From the IMG/VR virus record IMGVR_UViG_3300025889_000167, positions 1 through 52,030 of that record: 52,030 bases of DNA; one strand, given 5' to 3'. The notes below the pieces were generated by a model. That model was not told where the DNA came from. It made no database searches and saw nothing but the letters and a program-made list of their open reading frames with translations. The first letter of the stretch is position 1; each line of letters opens with the position of its first letter. The position numbers and the translations under genes are program-made. Origin of the DNA: a virus (Duplodnaviria; Caudoviricetes). Positions 1 through 9,316 of this stretch are shown in pieces.

Positions 1-142
1 CAATTATAGTATTCGCCCGCCCGCATACAGCGCGCTAACGGTGAGCGCATCAATGGCGCCAGCGGCTTGCTGGAACGTGGTCGCGTCGGTGTTGGCCAGC
101 GTTGCGGCATCACCGATGCCATAAAGCTGGTTGCCGGCGCAC
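1..142. repeat. Terminal direct repeat (circular overlap), left copy
   Basis: Identical to 51887-52030 except it lacks 'ac' (attcgcc--cgccc vs attcgccaccgccc). Confidence 0.95.
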
Positions 143-1620
143 TCGATCTTTCCGGCCGTCGTCCGCATCCAACTTGCCGCGCGTGTGCCAGTCACGCTAC
201 TGCCAGTCGTCACCACTTGTGCGATATCCGTACGCGCCGTGCCGCTGCCGGGCGACGTCTCCAGCAGCGTCGGCCATGTGATCGCTGTCGTGGAGTTGTC
301 ACCGTGGGCACCACTAGTGCCAGCACCCCACCGCCAAGCCCTGTTGGAGCTGTCGCGCGCCCACACAGGCGCATATGCCGTGTCGCAGCTGATCTCGACG
401 ATGTCGGCAAGCGGCGTCGTGCCGTCGCTCTGCGTCATCAAACGCGGCGTCGTCAGGTCCGCGGTGTTGTTGTAGCCCTGGGCATGCTGCGCGCCGGAGT
501 AGCCGCACGAGTAGACCGCGCCCGTGCTCGTGATCGCAAACCAAAACTTCTCGCTGTTGCCGCGGCCGGCCTCCATCACGACGCTGTCGATGTGCACGCC
601 GGTGAGGCCCGTGACCTTGACGAGGACCGTCTGTGTCGTGGTATTGCCCTGGCCGCACTGGCCGTCGTCATTGCTGCCGATGGCGTACAGGTTCTCGGTG
701 GCCTCGTCTGTCAGCACCAGTGCATAGTTTAGGCCAACATAGATCGCCTCAACGCTGACGGTGGCCGGGTCCCAGGGCAGTGCCAGCTCATACGCACCAT
801 ACGCGTCACCAACGGGATTGAACGCGAAGGCGGCCACATCACCCCACGCCAGCACGCGGCCATCAGCCGTCGCTGCCATGCCAAACTTCGCGCCACCAGA
901 CTGGTTCGAGGTTGGGCCGACGATGACGCGGCCGTCCGCATCGACGGCTGGCAGGATCTGCGTCGTGGCGACGTCCTGCCAGTCCTCGCTGCCAAGGTGC
1001 ACATTCAGAGCAGCTTCGATCTCGGCGCCAGTCATCGTGCCGCCGCTGCCGCTGCCCTCGACAACGCGGCGGTTGATCAGCTGGAAACTCGTGCCGTCGT
1101 ATTCGATCAGGGCCAGCGCGCCAAGGTAGAGGTCGCCCGCCTGCAGCGCCGTCCCATCCAGCCGCACCACAGCCTTGGCACCGAGGCCATTGACGTTGAC
1201 CGTGGTCGCGCCGCTGTTGACCGTGCCAACGATGAACGAAAACTGTTGCCCGGCGGAGTAGGCCGTCATGGCCCAACCAGTTGTCAGCGTAATCGCGTCC
1301 CCGGTGCCGCCGACAATGCTGACATAACGGTGCGTGCCGTTGATCGCGCCGTTGACGGTCAAATACTGATTGATCGCCGTGGCGTCGCCCACGTTGACGT
1401 GGCGGAACGCACCCATGGGCAGATTGGCCGATGGCTGATTGCCGCCGTCCTTCTTCAGCGTCGCATTGATCGCAGAGCCGAGATCCTGGTCGTGCGTGTC
1501 GTGGTCGGTAGACACAATGTCCACGCCATCGGCCTCGGCCTCCTGCCACACCTGCGTGCCGTTGCGCGTGCCATCCGACCGCTGAAAGGTTTGATTAGGT
1601 GCGCTACCAGTCCAAGGCAT
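4..1620 (-). CDS. Tail fibre / receptor-binding protein, N-terminal part; continues across the junction into 50842-52030 (about 888 aa joined)
   Basis: Podovirus-fibre-like N-terminus; RCC1-like repeats (LYAIGSNDDGQCGQG, VYSCGYSG); frame stays open through the end copy of the overlap. Confidence 0.8.
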   Translation of the reverse strand: MPWTGSAPNQTFQRSDGTRNGTQVWQEAEADGVDIVSTDHDTHDQDLGSAINATLKKDGGNQPSANLPMGAFRHVNVGDATAINQYLTVNGAINGTHRYVSIVGGTGDAITLTTGWAMTAYSAGQQFSFIVGTVNSGATTVNVNGLGAKAVVRLDGTALQAGDLYLGALALIEYDGTSFQLINRRVVEGSGSGGTMTGAEIEAALNVHLGSEDWQDVATTQILPAVDADGRVIVGPTSNQSGGAKFGMAATADGRVLAWGDVAAFAFNPVGDAYGAYELALPWDPATVSVEAIYVGLNYALVLTDEATENLYAIGSNDDGQCGQGNTTTQTVLVKVTGLTGVHIDSVVMEAGRGNSEKFWFAITSTGAVYSCGYSGAQHAQGYNNTADLTTPRLMTQSDGTTPLADIVEISCDTAYAPVWARDSSNRAWRWGAGTSGAHGDNSTTAITWPTLLETSPGSGTARTDIAQVVTTGSSVTGTRAASWMRTTAGKIECAGNQLYGIGDAATLANTDATTFQQAAGAIDALTVSALYAGGRIL

Positions 1621-1683
1621 GCGTCTTGATCCCCCTAAGAGGTTGTGCTTAAAATGGGAACGGCGCGCAGCGCACAGCCGTTG

Positions 1684-4158
1684 CTACCGTCTAGCCTCGG
1701 ATGCTGCCGAAGACGGCTGCGCCCCCTCCAGATCTAGCATAACGTGCGCATAAACCGGCCAGAGCGCAGGGTTATGCATCGACATGCGTTCCAGCCCGGC
1801 CACGTGTCGAAGCAGCGCCCCTGCCCTTGCCGACGTCCCCTCTCGCACAGCCGCCCGCAGCTGCATGTAGCCGATGAGCCATTGCGTATAGGCTGGCCGC
1901 GACATGAGAACAGATGCGCCAAGCATCGAGCCGCCAATCGCCAATGGCGTGGCCACATCGCCAGCAGCAAGCGTCGCTCCTGCACCGCCGAGGGCGGACA
2001 GGTTCATGGCATTGGTTGCCGAGCGGCTGGTGTTGGCGAGTGCCTCGACGCCTGCCAGCCTGTCGGCCACCTGGAACAGCTGAGCAAGTCGCCGCTGGTG
2101 CTCCTGCGAGAATATCAAGTTGCGCGCCTCCGGTGCCATCTTCCGGTATGCCGTGGCAAAGCGCGTTGGCGAGAAGCCTGCCTCCTGAATAATGCCTTGA
2201 GCACCATCTGTCGGCTCGCCCATCGAGCGGACAATCAGTGCCGCAAAGGCAGATCGCTCCTCCGGCTGCAGGACCGACATAGCGCCCCGGAACATGCGCA
2301 TGTTCCCGGTGCCGCCTTCTGTTGCTGCACGCACTAGTTTCCTTGCTGCCGCTTGCGGATTTGGTTGCTTGACGACAGCCAGGAAACGATCCATGCGCTC
2401 GAACCCAGCGCGCGCATAGCGGTTGGCAACCTGCAAATCACGCAGCGCCTGCGCAGCGCGCCGCGCCACGGGGACCGTTATCCGGCGGTTGTCCGTCAAC
2501 CTTGTGGCTTGGGCCGCCCGGACAGCGATATCCTGCATGCCCACTTCAATGTCGGAGCTGAGCGCCCTGTATAGGCTGTTGAGCTGCGTCCGATCGAGGG
2601 AGGTTTTGTAAAGTCCGAAGTTGGATAGATCCCGGCCTATTGCCGTGCGCATGGCACGCAGCGTAGCAAGCGGCACATTGACCTGCGGGTTCGCAAGCAT
2701 GGCAAACATATCGCCGTATCGGCCCTGCAGGCCAGCACGCACACCTGTTCTTGCCTCGTCCCCGATAATCCTACGCACAACATCTCCCGAGTTTGCGGTC
2801 GGCAGCAGCATTGGGTCGACGCTGCCATCCTGCCTTAGCAATGGCGGCATGCCCCGAAAAGCCTTTTCATAGAGCGCATCTAGGCGTGTACTGAAAGACG
2901 TGTCTTCAGCTGATGTTCTAACAACGCGATCAAGCTCGGCGTCGCTCAGATCCTCGAGGGTCGTGCGCGAGGTCATCCGCTGGAGCTGCGTGCGCGGCAA
3001 GCCGACCCCTCTGCCGCGCGAGGTCGACACTCTGCCGCCCGTTACCTGGTTCAGCACCGGCTGCCCGGCCGCTATGCGGCGCATCTGCTCTGCGCCACCG
3101 CCCTGCTGCCTTTGCACAGGGGCATTGGGGTTTATGCCAAGCTGGCGCACTGTGCCCGGCGCAAGATCCGTAAAGCTGCGATCCCTGAAGCGATCCAGAC
3201 CGCCCTGCACTGCCACGCCTGCGGTTTCATGCGTTGCTGCCGGTGAGATGTCGTCCGCCAGCCGGCCGACCGCCGCTGCTGCATCGTGCATCGTCTCGTC
3301 GAGGTTATTGCGCAGCGGTGCACCGACAACAGGTGTTTCCGTCAGCTGCTTGCCAACAGCAGCAATTGGCCCCTGATTGTAGGCAGGCCCAAACGGCCTC
3401 ACCTCTTGCTCGCGAAATGCTAAATCGTCGGCCACGGCCGCATCTGCGCGCTGTCGCGCAATCGTGCGCCCTGTCTGTGTGCCGATTGGCTGAGGCTGTG
3501 GCCGAAGGAGGCTCATGCCGAGGGCAGGAATGATGCCAGTCCCAAGGCCTGCCATAGCCTGCACCCACGCTGGAGCCCCAGCATCCTTGGCAGCCTCTGC
3601 ACCAATGGCAGATGTGGCTGCAGAGGCCGTATCCGTCGCCGCCGTCGTGACAGGTGCCGCACGAAAGGCCTGCAGCGCGTCCTGCCCCACCCGGCCCAAT
3701 GTTGTTCTCGCTGCCGGACCCGCCGCCTGCAGCGCCTTGCCTGCCATCCCAAGCATCGGAATAGCGGACACACCGACCGATTCGCCGGCTTTGTGTGCAT
3801 AGCGGCCGGCCGTCGTGCGCGGCTCGACACGCTCCCCCCAAATCTGTTCCGAGGGCGGCTGCAAGTAGCCAGGCCACCGAAACCGATCCCCCTCGCCTGG
3901 CGCAACGGTGTTGACCGCTGCAGCCACGGCCTCGCCGGGCAACGAAAACATCCAATCGGCGCCGCGATAGAGCCCACGGAGGCCCTGGTCTGCTACGTCA
4001 AAGGCAGTTTCGGCTGCTGTGATCGGCCCCGACGCATCTAGCGGCTGTGGTTGCTGTTGCGGCATGCGAAACGCAGCCCAGGGATCAGGGCCAGGGTCCA
4101 TACTTGCAACGTCATCTTGTACGCGGAATGCAGCCCAGGGATCGTGCGGCTCAGCCAT
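1684..4158 (-). CDS. Large DNA ejection / internal virion protein
   Basis: About 824 aa, Ala/Arg-rich and helical, duplicated N-terminal DPWAAFR, last of three genes after the GNAT. Confidence 0.6.
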   Translation of the reverse strand: MAEPHDPWAAFRVQDDVASMDPGPDPWAAFRMPQQQPQPLDASGPITAAETAFDVADQGLRGLYRGADWMFSLPGEAVAAAVNTVAPGEGDRFRWPGYLQPPSEQIWGERVEPRTTAGRYAHKAGESVGVSAIPMLGMAGKALQAAGPAARTTLGRVGQDALQAFRAAPVTTAATDTASAATSAIGAEAAKDAGAPAWVQAMAGLGTGIIPALGMSLLRPQPQPIGTQTGRTIARQRADAAVADDLAFREQEVRPFGPAYNQGPIAAVGKQLTETPVVGAPLRNNLDETMHDAAAAVGRLADDISPAATHETAGVAVQGGLDRFRDRSFTDLAPGTVRQLGINPNAPVQRQQGGGAEQMRRIAAGQPVLNQVTGGRVSTSRGRGVGLPRTQLQRMTSRTTLEDLSDAELDRVVRTSAEDTSFSTRLDALYEKAFRGMPPLLRQDGSVDPMLLPTANSGDVVRRIIGDEARTGVRAGLQGRYGDMFAMLANPQVNVPLATLRAMRTAIGRDLSNFGLYKTSLDRTQLNSLYRALSSDIEVGMQDIAVRAAQATRLTDNRRITVPVARRAAQALRDLQVANRYARAGFERMDRFLAVVKQPNPQAAARKLVRAATEGGTGNMRMFRGAMSVLQPEERSAFAALIVRSMGEPTDGAQGIIQEAGFSPTRFATAYRKMAPEARNLIFSQEHQRRLAQLFQVADRLAGVEALANTSRSATNAMNLSALGGAGATLAAGDVATPLAIGGSMLGASVLMSRPAYTQWLIGYMQLRAAVREGTSARAGALLRHVAGLERMSMHNPALWPVYAHVMLDLEGAQPSSAASEARR

Positions 4159-5428
4159 TCGGCACCCTTCCCGTAGATCCATCCGGCAGTCTGATAAACG
4201 TCCCCGGCGGCAACCTTTTCGCCTCGTCTGGGGAGGTCACTGGCACGGCTGTTTCTGGCGACGCGCCGGAGGCTGTCGCTTCAGCAGGTGGAGGCTGAGC
4301 TGCCGGGGCCCCAGTGATGCCGTAGGCTTGGTAAACCGCCTCGGGGTCGTAGCCTGATGCTATCAGCGCTGCAGCCTTTTTCTTCATGGCGGATTCAATG
4401 GCCGCCCTTTGCTTGGCCAGGTTCTGCCTGACCATGACGGGGTCCATGTTGGGCTGAATATCAGCCTTCTCGAACTGTTCAGCCTCCTGGGCGGTCAAGG
4501 CGGCGCCGAACAGATCATTGCGCACGAGGTTTTTGTATCTGTCGTAGCCCTGCCACCAGCCCGCCGCCTCCGACGATGCCGGAGACCAGAGCCCCCGGCG
4601 CCGCGCATTCATGGCAAGGTCGCCCCCCACTGTGTAGCCGGCATATTCATCCTTGAACGTCCGCGCTTGGCCGTCCACTGTCTCGAGGCGCCCGCCCTCC
4701 TCGCTGAGCTTGGTCACGTCCGTCACCGAGAACGACCGTGGCTTTCTGGGCGCCGGCATATTTCCGGTCAGGACATAATGCCGATATTCCAGGCCGTTTG
4801 GATCGAGGCCGATTTGCTCGGCAAATTGCGCCCGTTCACGTAGCATCGCAACGCGCTGCTTTTGGGACAAAACCGACTTCAGCTCAGCCACCTGCTGTGC
4901 CTTATCCACCTCCACCGGCACGAGATCGCGCTGGCGCTGCAGGGCCGCCGCGTTGTTGAACTCAGCCAGCTCCTTCTGGCGCTGCAGGGCCGCCGCGTTG
5001 TTGAACTCAGCCAGCTCCTTCTGGCGCTGCAGGGCCGCCGCGTTGTTGAACTCAGCCAATTTCTTCTGGCGCGCGAAGGCAGCCTCATCACGGCTGGTCT
5101 GCCACTTGCGATTGCCCTGCGTCTGCCGGTCCTGCACGACAAGGCCCATGCCCTGCTCGTCCATACCCGGCACGCCCGAGCCCATCAGGATGCGCGCCAT
5201 GCTGGGCGTGTCTGGGGCCTCGAGAGCCTGCGCCATCGTGGTCGAGCGGTAGTCCCGGTTGCGGTTCTCAGCAGAGTTGGCATCGCCGGCAAGGAGGCCA
5301 TAGCCAAGGCCAGAGAGCACATACTCGAGGCCCGAGAACTTGCCACCACTGTTGGGTGCGTTCCAATAGTCGCGCGACAGCTGGCGGCTTTGGTTGATGT
5401 TGTTCTGCGGAATGAAACGCAATGCCAC
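4151..5428 (-). CDS. DNA ejection / internal virion protein with 15-aa repeats
   Basis: Position; coiled-coil QKELAEFNNAAALQR x3; overlaps next gene. Confidence 0.6.
   Translation of the reverse strand: MALRFIPQNNINQSRQLSRDYWNAPNSGGKFSGLEYVLSGLGYGLLAGDANSAENRNRDYRSTTMAQALEAPDTPSMARILMGSGVPGMDEQGMGLVVQDRQTQGNRKWQTSRDEAAFARQKKLAEFNNAAALQRQKELAEFNNAAALQRQKELAEFNNAAALQRQRDLVPVEVDKAQQVAELKSVLSQKQRVAMLRERAQFAEQIGLDPNGLEYRHYVLTGNMPAPRKPRSFSVTDVTKLSEEGGRLETVDGQARTFKDEYAGYTVGGDLAMNARRRGLWSPASSEAAGWWQGYDRYKNLVRNDLFGAALTAQEAEQFEKADIQPNMDPVMVRQNLAKQRAAIESAMKKKAAALIASGYDPEAVYQAYGITGAPAAQPPPAEATASGASPETAVPVTSPDEAKRLPPGTFIRLPDGSTGRVPNG
4931..5072. repeat. 45-bp tandem repeat, about 3.1 copies
   Basis: Unit ctggcgctgcagggccgccgcgttgttgaactcagccagctcctt at 4931, 4976 and 5021. 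Confidence 0.95.
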
Positions 5429-5429
5429 A

Positions 5430-6359
5430 TCAGCCTCCGGGTGTGTACATGGTGTGAGGCGCCCACGACGAGCCGTAGCCAGCAGGCGGCTGATTGAACA
5501 TATTGGCCGCCACGTTCATGCCGGTCCCGAGCAGGGTCGGTGCCGCAAGGGCTGTAGACGCGCCAAGGCCACCGAGAAGGCCTGCACTGAGGCCGCCAGT
5601 AAGGGGCGCAGCAAGCAGGCCGACACCCATCTTGATCGCGTTTCCGATGCCGGCGTTGTGCTGCTGCGCTGCCTGCTGCTTAGCCTGGAACTCCCGGTCG
5701 TAGGCACCCATCGCATCGACCGGCGCCTGCAAGGCCGTGCCGCCGAACTGCGGCGCGAGCGACTGCATGCTGCCGAGCAACCCGAGGTTCTGGCCAATAT
5801 CGGCCGCGCCCTGGTTGCGCTGCATCAGCTCGTTGCCGATCAGGCGCTGCTCCTCGCTAGGAGTTGCCAGCGTGGCGCGCGAGGACAAATCGACTAGCGC
5901 CCGGTTCTGGCTGTCTGCCAAATTGCTGGTTGCATCGCTCCACGCCTCTGATCCGATCGGCAGGCCCCGGTTCAGCAGGTTCGTCTGCATGTTGCGCGAC
6001 TGCTGCTCGAACTGCGGGCGCATGTACGTCATGCCCTGGTCAAACAACGCTTGCCCGACGGGAACGCCGCCGCCCTGGTTCTGGATGGCGCCGGCCGTCG
6101 TGAACTGTTGCTGTGGCAGGAACCCGGTGTAGCCGGCCGTCGTCCCGAGGACGTCGCTTGCAGCTCCACCCAGAAGCGGGTTCAACTCCTGCGTCTGACC
6201 AACGACGTTGCCTTTGTCGTCGAGGTTCGCGGTGACCGAGCCAAACGTGTTTGTCTGCTGACCAGCCAGCGCATTGGCCTTTTGCGTTGCCTGGTTTGCG
6301 CTTGTTTCCGCGGCGATTAGCTTCGCTGCGTCACGCTCTGGCGCTTTCTTCTTGCCCAA
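5430..6359 (-). CDS. DNA pilot / ejection protein
   Basis: Gln/Asn-rich, RGLPIGSEA motif, C-terminal Gly-rich hydrophobic segment, follows GNAT. Confidence 0.6.
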   Translation of the reverse strand: MGKKKAPERDAAKLIAAETSANQATQKANALAGQQTNTFGSVTANLDDKGNVVGQTQELNPLLGGAASDVLGTTAGYTGFLPQQQFTTAGAIQNQGGGVPVGQALFDQGMTYMRPQFEQQSRNMQTNLLNRGLPIGSEAWSDATSNLADSQNRALVDLSSRATLATPSEEQRLIGNELMQRNQGAADIGQNLGLLGSMQSLAPQFGGTALQAPVDAMGAYDREFQAKQQAAQQHNAGIGNAIKMGVGLLAAPLTGGLSAGLLGGLGASTALAAPTLLGTGMNVAANMFNQPPAGYGSSWAPHTMYTPGG

Positions 6360-6816
6360 CTCGCCCTCCCTGTCTCACCCGTGCAGACGGAGCCAGCCAG
6401 CGGCATTCGCTGCGGAGCATCCCATAGATATCAAGATCGTCGCCCTCGCCGCCCGCCTGCCGCAGCGTGCCCTCGCGCACGAAGCCCAACCGCTCGACAA
6501 CGCTGCGCGCCGGCTCATTGTCCTCCGGCACCAACGTCGTCACGCGGTTGCAGCCCAACTGCTCGAACGGGTATGCAAAGATCTGCTTGATGTGCCGCCT
6601 GCTGAGCCAGCCGGTATCACCTGCCCAATGCGCCTCGATGTTGCGGCCCTGGTGGTGGATGAACAGCACCGCGCCAATCAGCTCCTTGTGCCGGACGCAT
6701 GCCATGATCTCGTAGTCGTAGGTGTGGACCATCTCCGTGGCTCTCATACCTAACCGGGCCGCCAGCCAGTCGGTGACAACCGCCTTGTGGTCCGGCTTGG
6801 TGACGAGGTGCATCAT
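6331..6816 (-). CDS. GNAT-family acetyltransferase-like virion assembly protein
   Basis: RimJ-like C-terminal motif N.PARSVVERLGFVREG.LR; ATGA coupling to upstream gene. Confidence 0.8.
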   Translation of the reverse strand: MMHLVTKPDHKAVVTDWLAARLGMRATEMVHTYDYEIMACVRHKELIGAVLFIHHQGRNIEAHWAGDTGWLSRRHIKQIFAYPFEQLGCNRVTTLVPEDNEPARSVVERLGFVREGTLRQAGGEGDDLDIYGMLRSECRWLAPSARVRQGGRVGQEESARA

Positions 6817-8351
6817 CGGATAGAGCCCGGCTTCATGAGGACGTCGGTGGCAAACCACTCGAGGTCACGCGACTGCGCCGTGACTTGAAACCGCACGCTG
6901 ACAGATTGCCCCTCACCATCGATCGTGAACCAGCGCCGGTCAGCCCGCGCCTGCGCACCCCATGGGCTCCCCCATGCGCTGCCCCAGGGCGTGTCCGTCT
7001 CGTCCGTCGAGATGGCAACAGATTCGCCAATGCGCGAGCGCAGGATGTAGTTTGTGTCAACGCCGACCTGCCCTGAGACGCCGCCAGCCGTGCGCACGGT
7101 CGGTCGAATTGCCGTGAACAGATTGGTCAGCCCAGCGCCCTGCGGCACCACGAAAGCACCGCTGCTGCGCGCCGTGATGGCCGAGCCCTCGTCATCTTCG
7201 GCTCCAGTCAGCATCACCCGGCCGTTGCCGGTGCCGAGGTAGAGCTGATCGTTGAATGAGCACAGCCGCGCACCGGGCCAGCCGGTGAAGGTGCTCCACG
7301 TGTTGGATCGCGTGTTGAGGACGTACTGCGCCCAAAGCGCGCCAGACACTTGCGGCACCGTCACATAGACCGTGCCCAAGTGCAGAGCACCGTGCCAGCC
7401 TGCAGTGCCGCCGTGCCGCGCGGCCTCCGTGACGACACCCGGCGCGATCTTGCCCCACGGATTAATCCTCGCCAAATCAAGCGCAACGCCGCCAATGGCT
7501 ACCGAGACAGGCAGGATGCCCAGCCGCGTCAACACCAGCAGCTCGCCGCCGACCTTGAACAAACACTGCCGCCCGATCGGAACCGCGCCGTCGAACTTGC
7601 CAATTAGCGTAAACGTGCTCGAGACGTCGCCCTGATAGATCAGCAGCTGCCCTGTGGACATGACAAAGACTGTCATGTCATCCGCGCCATCGCCGGCATC
7701 GCGCGACCATGAGCCGATGGCCACGCAGATGCCGCCCTCAGCGATCTGGCTGAGCTGGAACTTCGTGAGGGCGCCAGTGATGCCGCCCGCCGATCCATAC
7801 CAGACGTCTGCGCTGCCGTTCTCGCAGAACCACACGCGGTTGCGCACGACACCCACGTTGACCAGGTTTGCAATGGTCAAGCCGCTGCCGGACCATGCCG
7901 TCGCACTGATCGATGATCCGTCGAAGTCCTGCGGCGCGTCCGTGCCGTTGACCATCAGCAGGCGGTTGTTATAGAGCGCCGTCTGCCAGCGGTTGGCCGT
8001 GAAGCCCGAGGCCAACGATGTGGCTGTGCCTGCCGTGGTCACGTCGTAGATCGCGCCGCCGCCAGCTGCCAGCATCTTCTGTGCTGTCAATCCGACAAAC
8101 GCCGCCAGGGTCTGCACCTCGCCACTGCCAACGCCTGTCGCATGTTCGGCATAGCCATCCCGCAGCCCCAGGTTGCCCTCGCGCGCGGTCCAATTGTTGA
8201 GAACACGTGCCTCATTGGGCTGCAGTGCCGTGATATCGTCGCGCAAGTTGAGGCCAGCGTAGGCAGCCGGCAACGTGCGCATCAGGCCCTGCTGGAACTG
8301 CGTGGGCTTGTGCCGGAATATGCCGGGGTTGCGCCGCAGCAGCAGTGCCAC
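6813..8351 (-). CDS. Tail hub / packaged-DNA stabilisation protein (P22 gp10 / T7 gp12-like position)
   Basis: 512 aa beta-rich protein between adaptor and GNAT. Confidence 0.65.
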   Translation of the reverse strand: MALLLRRNPGIFRHKPTQFQQGLMRTLPAAYAGLNLRDDITALQPNEARVLNNWTAREGNLGLRDGYAEHATGVGSGEVQTLAAFVGLTAQKMLAAGGGAIYDVTTAGTATSLASGFTANRWQTALYNNRLLMVNGTDAPQDFDGSSISATAWSGSGLTIANLVNVGVVRNRVWFCENGSADVWYGSAGGITGALTKFQLSQIAEGGICVAIGSWSRDAGDGADDMTVFVMSTGQLLIYQGDVSSTFTLIGKFDGAVPIGRQCLFKVGGELLVLTRLGILPVSVAIGGVALDLARINPWGKIAPGVVTEAARHGGTAGWHGALHLGTVYVTVPQVSGALWAQYVLNTRSNTWSTFTGWPGARLCSFNDQLYLGTGNGRVMLTGAEDDEGSAITARSSGAFVVPQGAGLTNLFTAIRPTVRTAGGVSGQVGVDTNYILRSRIGESVAISTDETDTPWGSAWGSPWGAQARADRRWFTIDGEGQSVSVRFQVTAQSRDLEWFATDVLMKPGSIR

Positions 8352-8615
8352 TTATCGGCCGCCCTGCTGCAGCATCTGTGCCATTGACGGTCCACCCATC
8401 GACGGTCCACCCATCGACGGTCCCGGCTGCGGGCCTGCCGGCATCTGCCCGGCACTACCTTGCAGGATGCTGAGGGCCGCCATGCTCAGCGCCTGCGCGC
8501 CTCCAGGCATGGCCAAGACCATGCTGATGGGATCGGTGCCGACGCCAGCCTCGGCCGGTTGCGGCTGTGGGCCCGGCGGCTGAGCCATGGATGGGTCCAT
8601 AAACATCTCGTTCAT
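8352..8615 (-). CDS. Small Pro/Gln/Met-rich protein, possible internal virion protein
   Basis: Fills the gap between flanking genes exactly; GPSMG repeats; ends PSMAQMLQQGGR. Confidence 0.6.
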   Translation of the reverse strand: MNEMFMDPSMAQPPGPQPQPAEAGVGTDPISMVLAMPGGAQALSMAALSILQGSAGQMPAGPQPGPSMGGPSMGGPSMAQMLQQGGR

Positions 8616-9316
8616 CAGGCTCCAAATCCTCTGTCTGGTATGTTGTCGACAACGATCCTTGGCGGGCCAAGATTGATCTTGCCCTTGCTGCCGCCGTCCG
8701 CCAGCACCTGCTCGAGCATCGCTTCATATTCGCGATACTCAGGCTCGTAGGGCATGCCCTTGGCCTGCAGCAGCCGCCACTTCAGGGCGAGTGTCAGCAG
8801 ATCCTCGTCAATCAGCGACGTGTCGGCATCGGCCGACCACTCGCGCACGGCCGTGCTGTCGGACTGCCGTGTGATCCAGTTGAGGCTGTAGTACTCGTAG
8901 TACAGCGTCTCGCCATCAACCGTGGGCGTGGGGTGGATGTAGATCTGCCCAGCCTGCTCACGCCACCAGCGGTCGATCGTGGCCCCGGCCGTGATATCCG
9001 ATTTTAGCCACGACCACTGCGCCGACGATGTTGGGCCGAGCAGCTGGCGCTGGTTGGTCTGGTCCCAATGCGACATGGGCGCGTGCGCGCGGAAGTCTGT
9101 GGGCAGATCGTAATTGGCCTGATCGGCTACCGTTGTGATCGTTGCCGTGTTGAGCAGCGCCGTGAACCTGTGCTGCCGCTCGAGCGTGTTGCCGGTGCGC
9201 TGCACCAGCGCCACGGCCTGGCGTGCCGTCAGGTTGGCGTTGCCAACGAAGTTCGATGGGATCTCGAACGACCCCACCTCCTCCATGGCTGCCGTGCAGA
9301 TGCTGGCGATGGTCAT
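8615..9316 (-). CDS. Head-tail adaptor protein
   Basis: 233 aa, YDLPTDF and IYIHPTP motifs typical of podovirus adaptors; position. Confidence 0.7.
   Translation of the reverse strand: MTIASICTAAMEEVGSFEIPSNFVGNANLTARQAVALVQRTGNTLERQHRFTALLNTATITTVADQANYDLPTDFRAHAPMSHWDQTNQRQLLGPTSSAQWSWLKSDITAGATIDRWWREQAGQIYIHPTPTVDGETLYYEYYSLNWITRQSDSTAVREWSADADTSLIDEDLLTLALKWRLLQAKGMPYEPEYREYEAMLEQVLADGGSKGKINLGPPRIVVDNIPDRGFGA

Noticed and set aside
1-142. Biological terminal repeat of the virion DNA
   Set aside because: Falls mid-gene and looks like an assembler overlap; cannot be supported as a physical end
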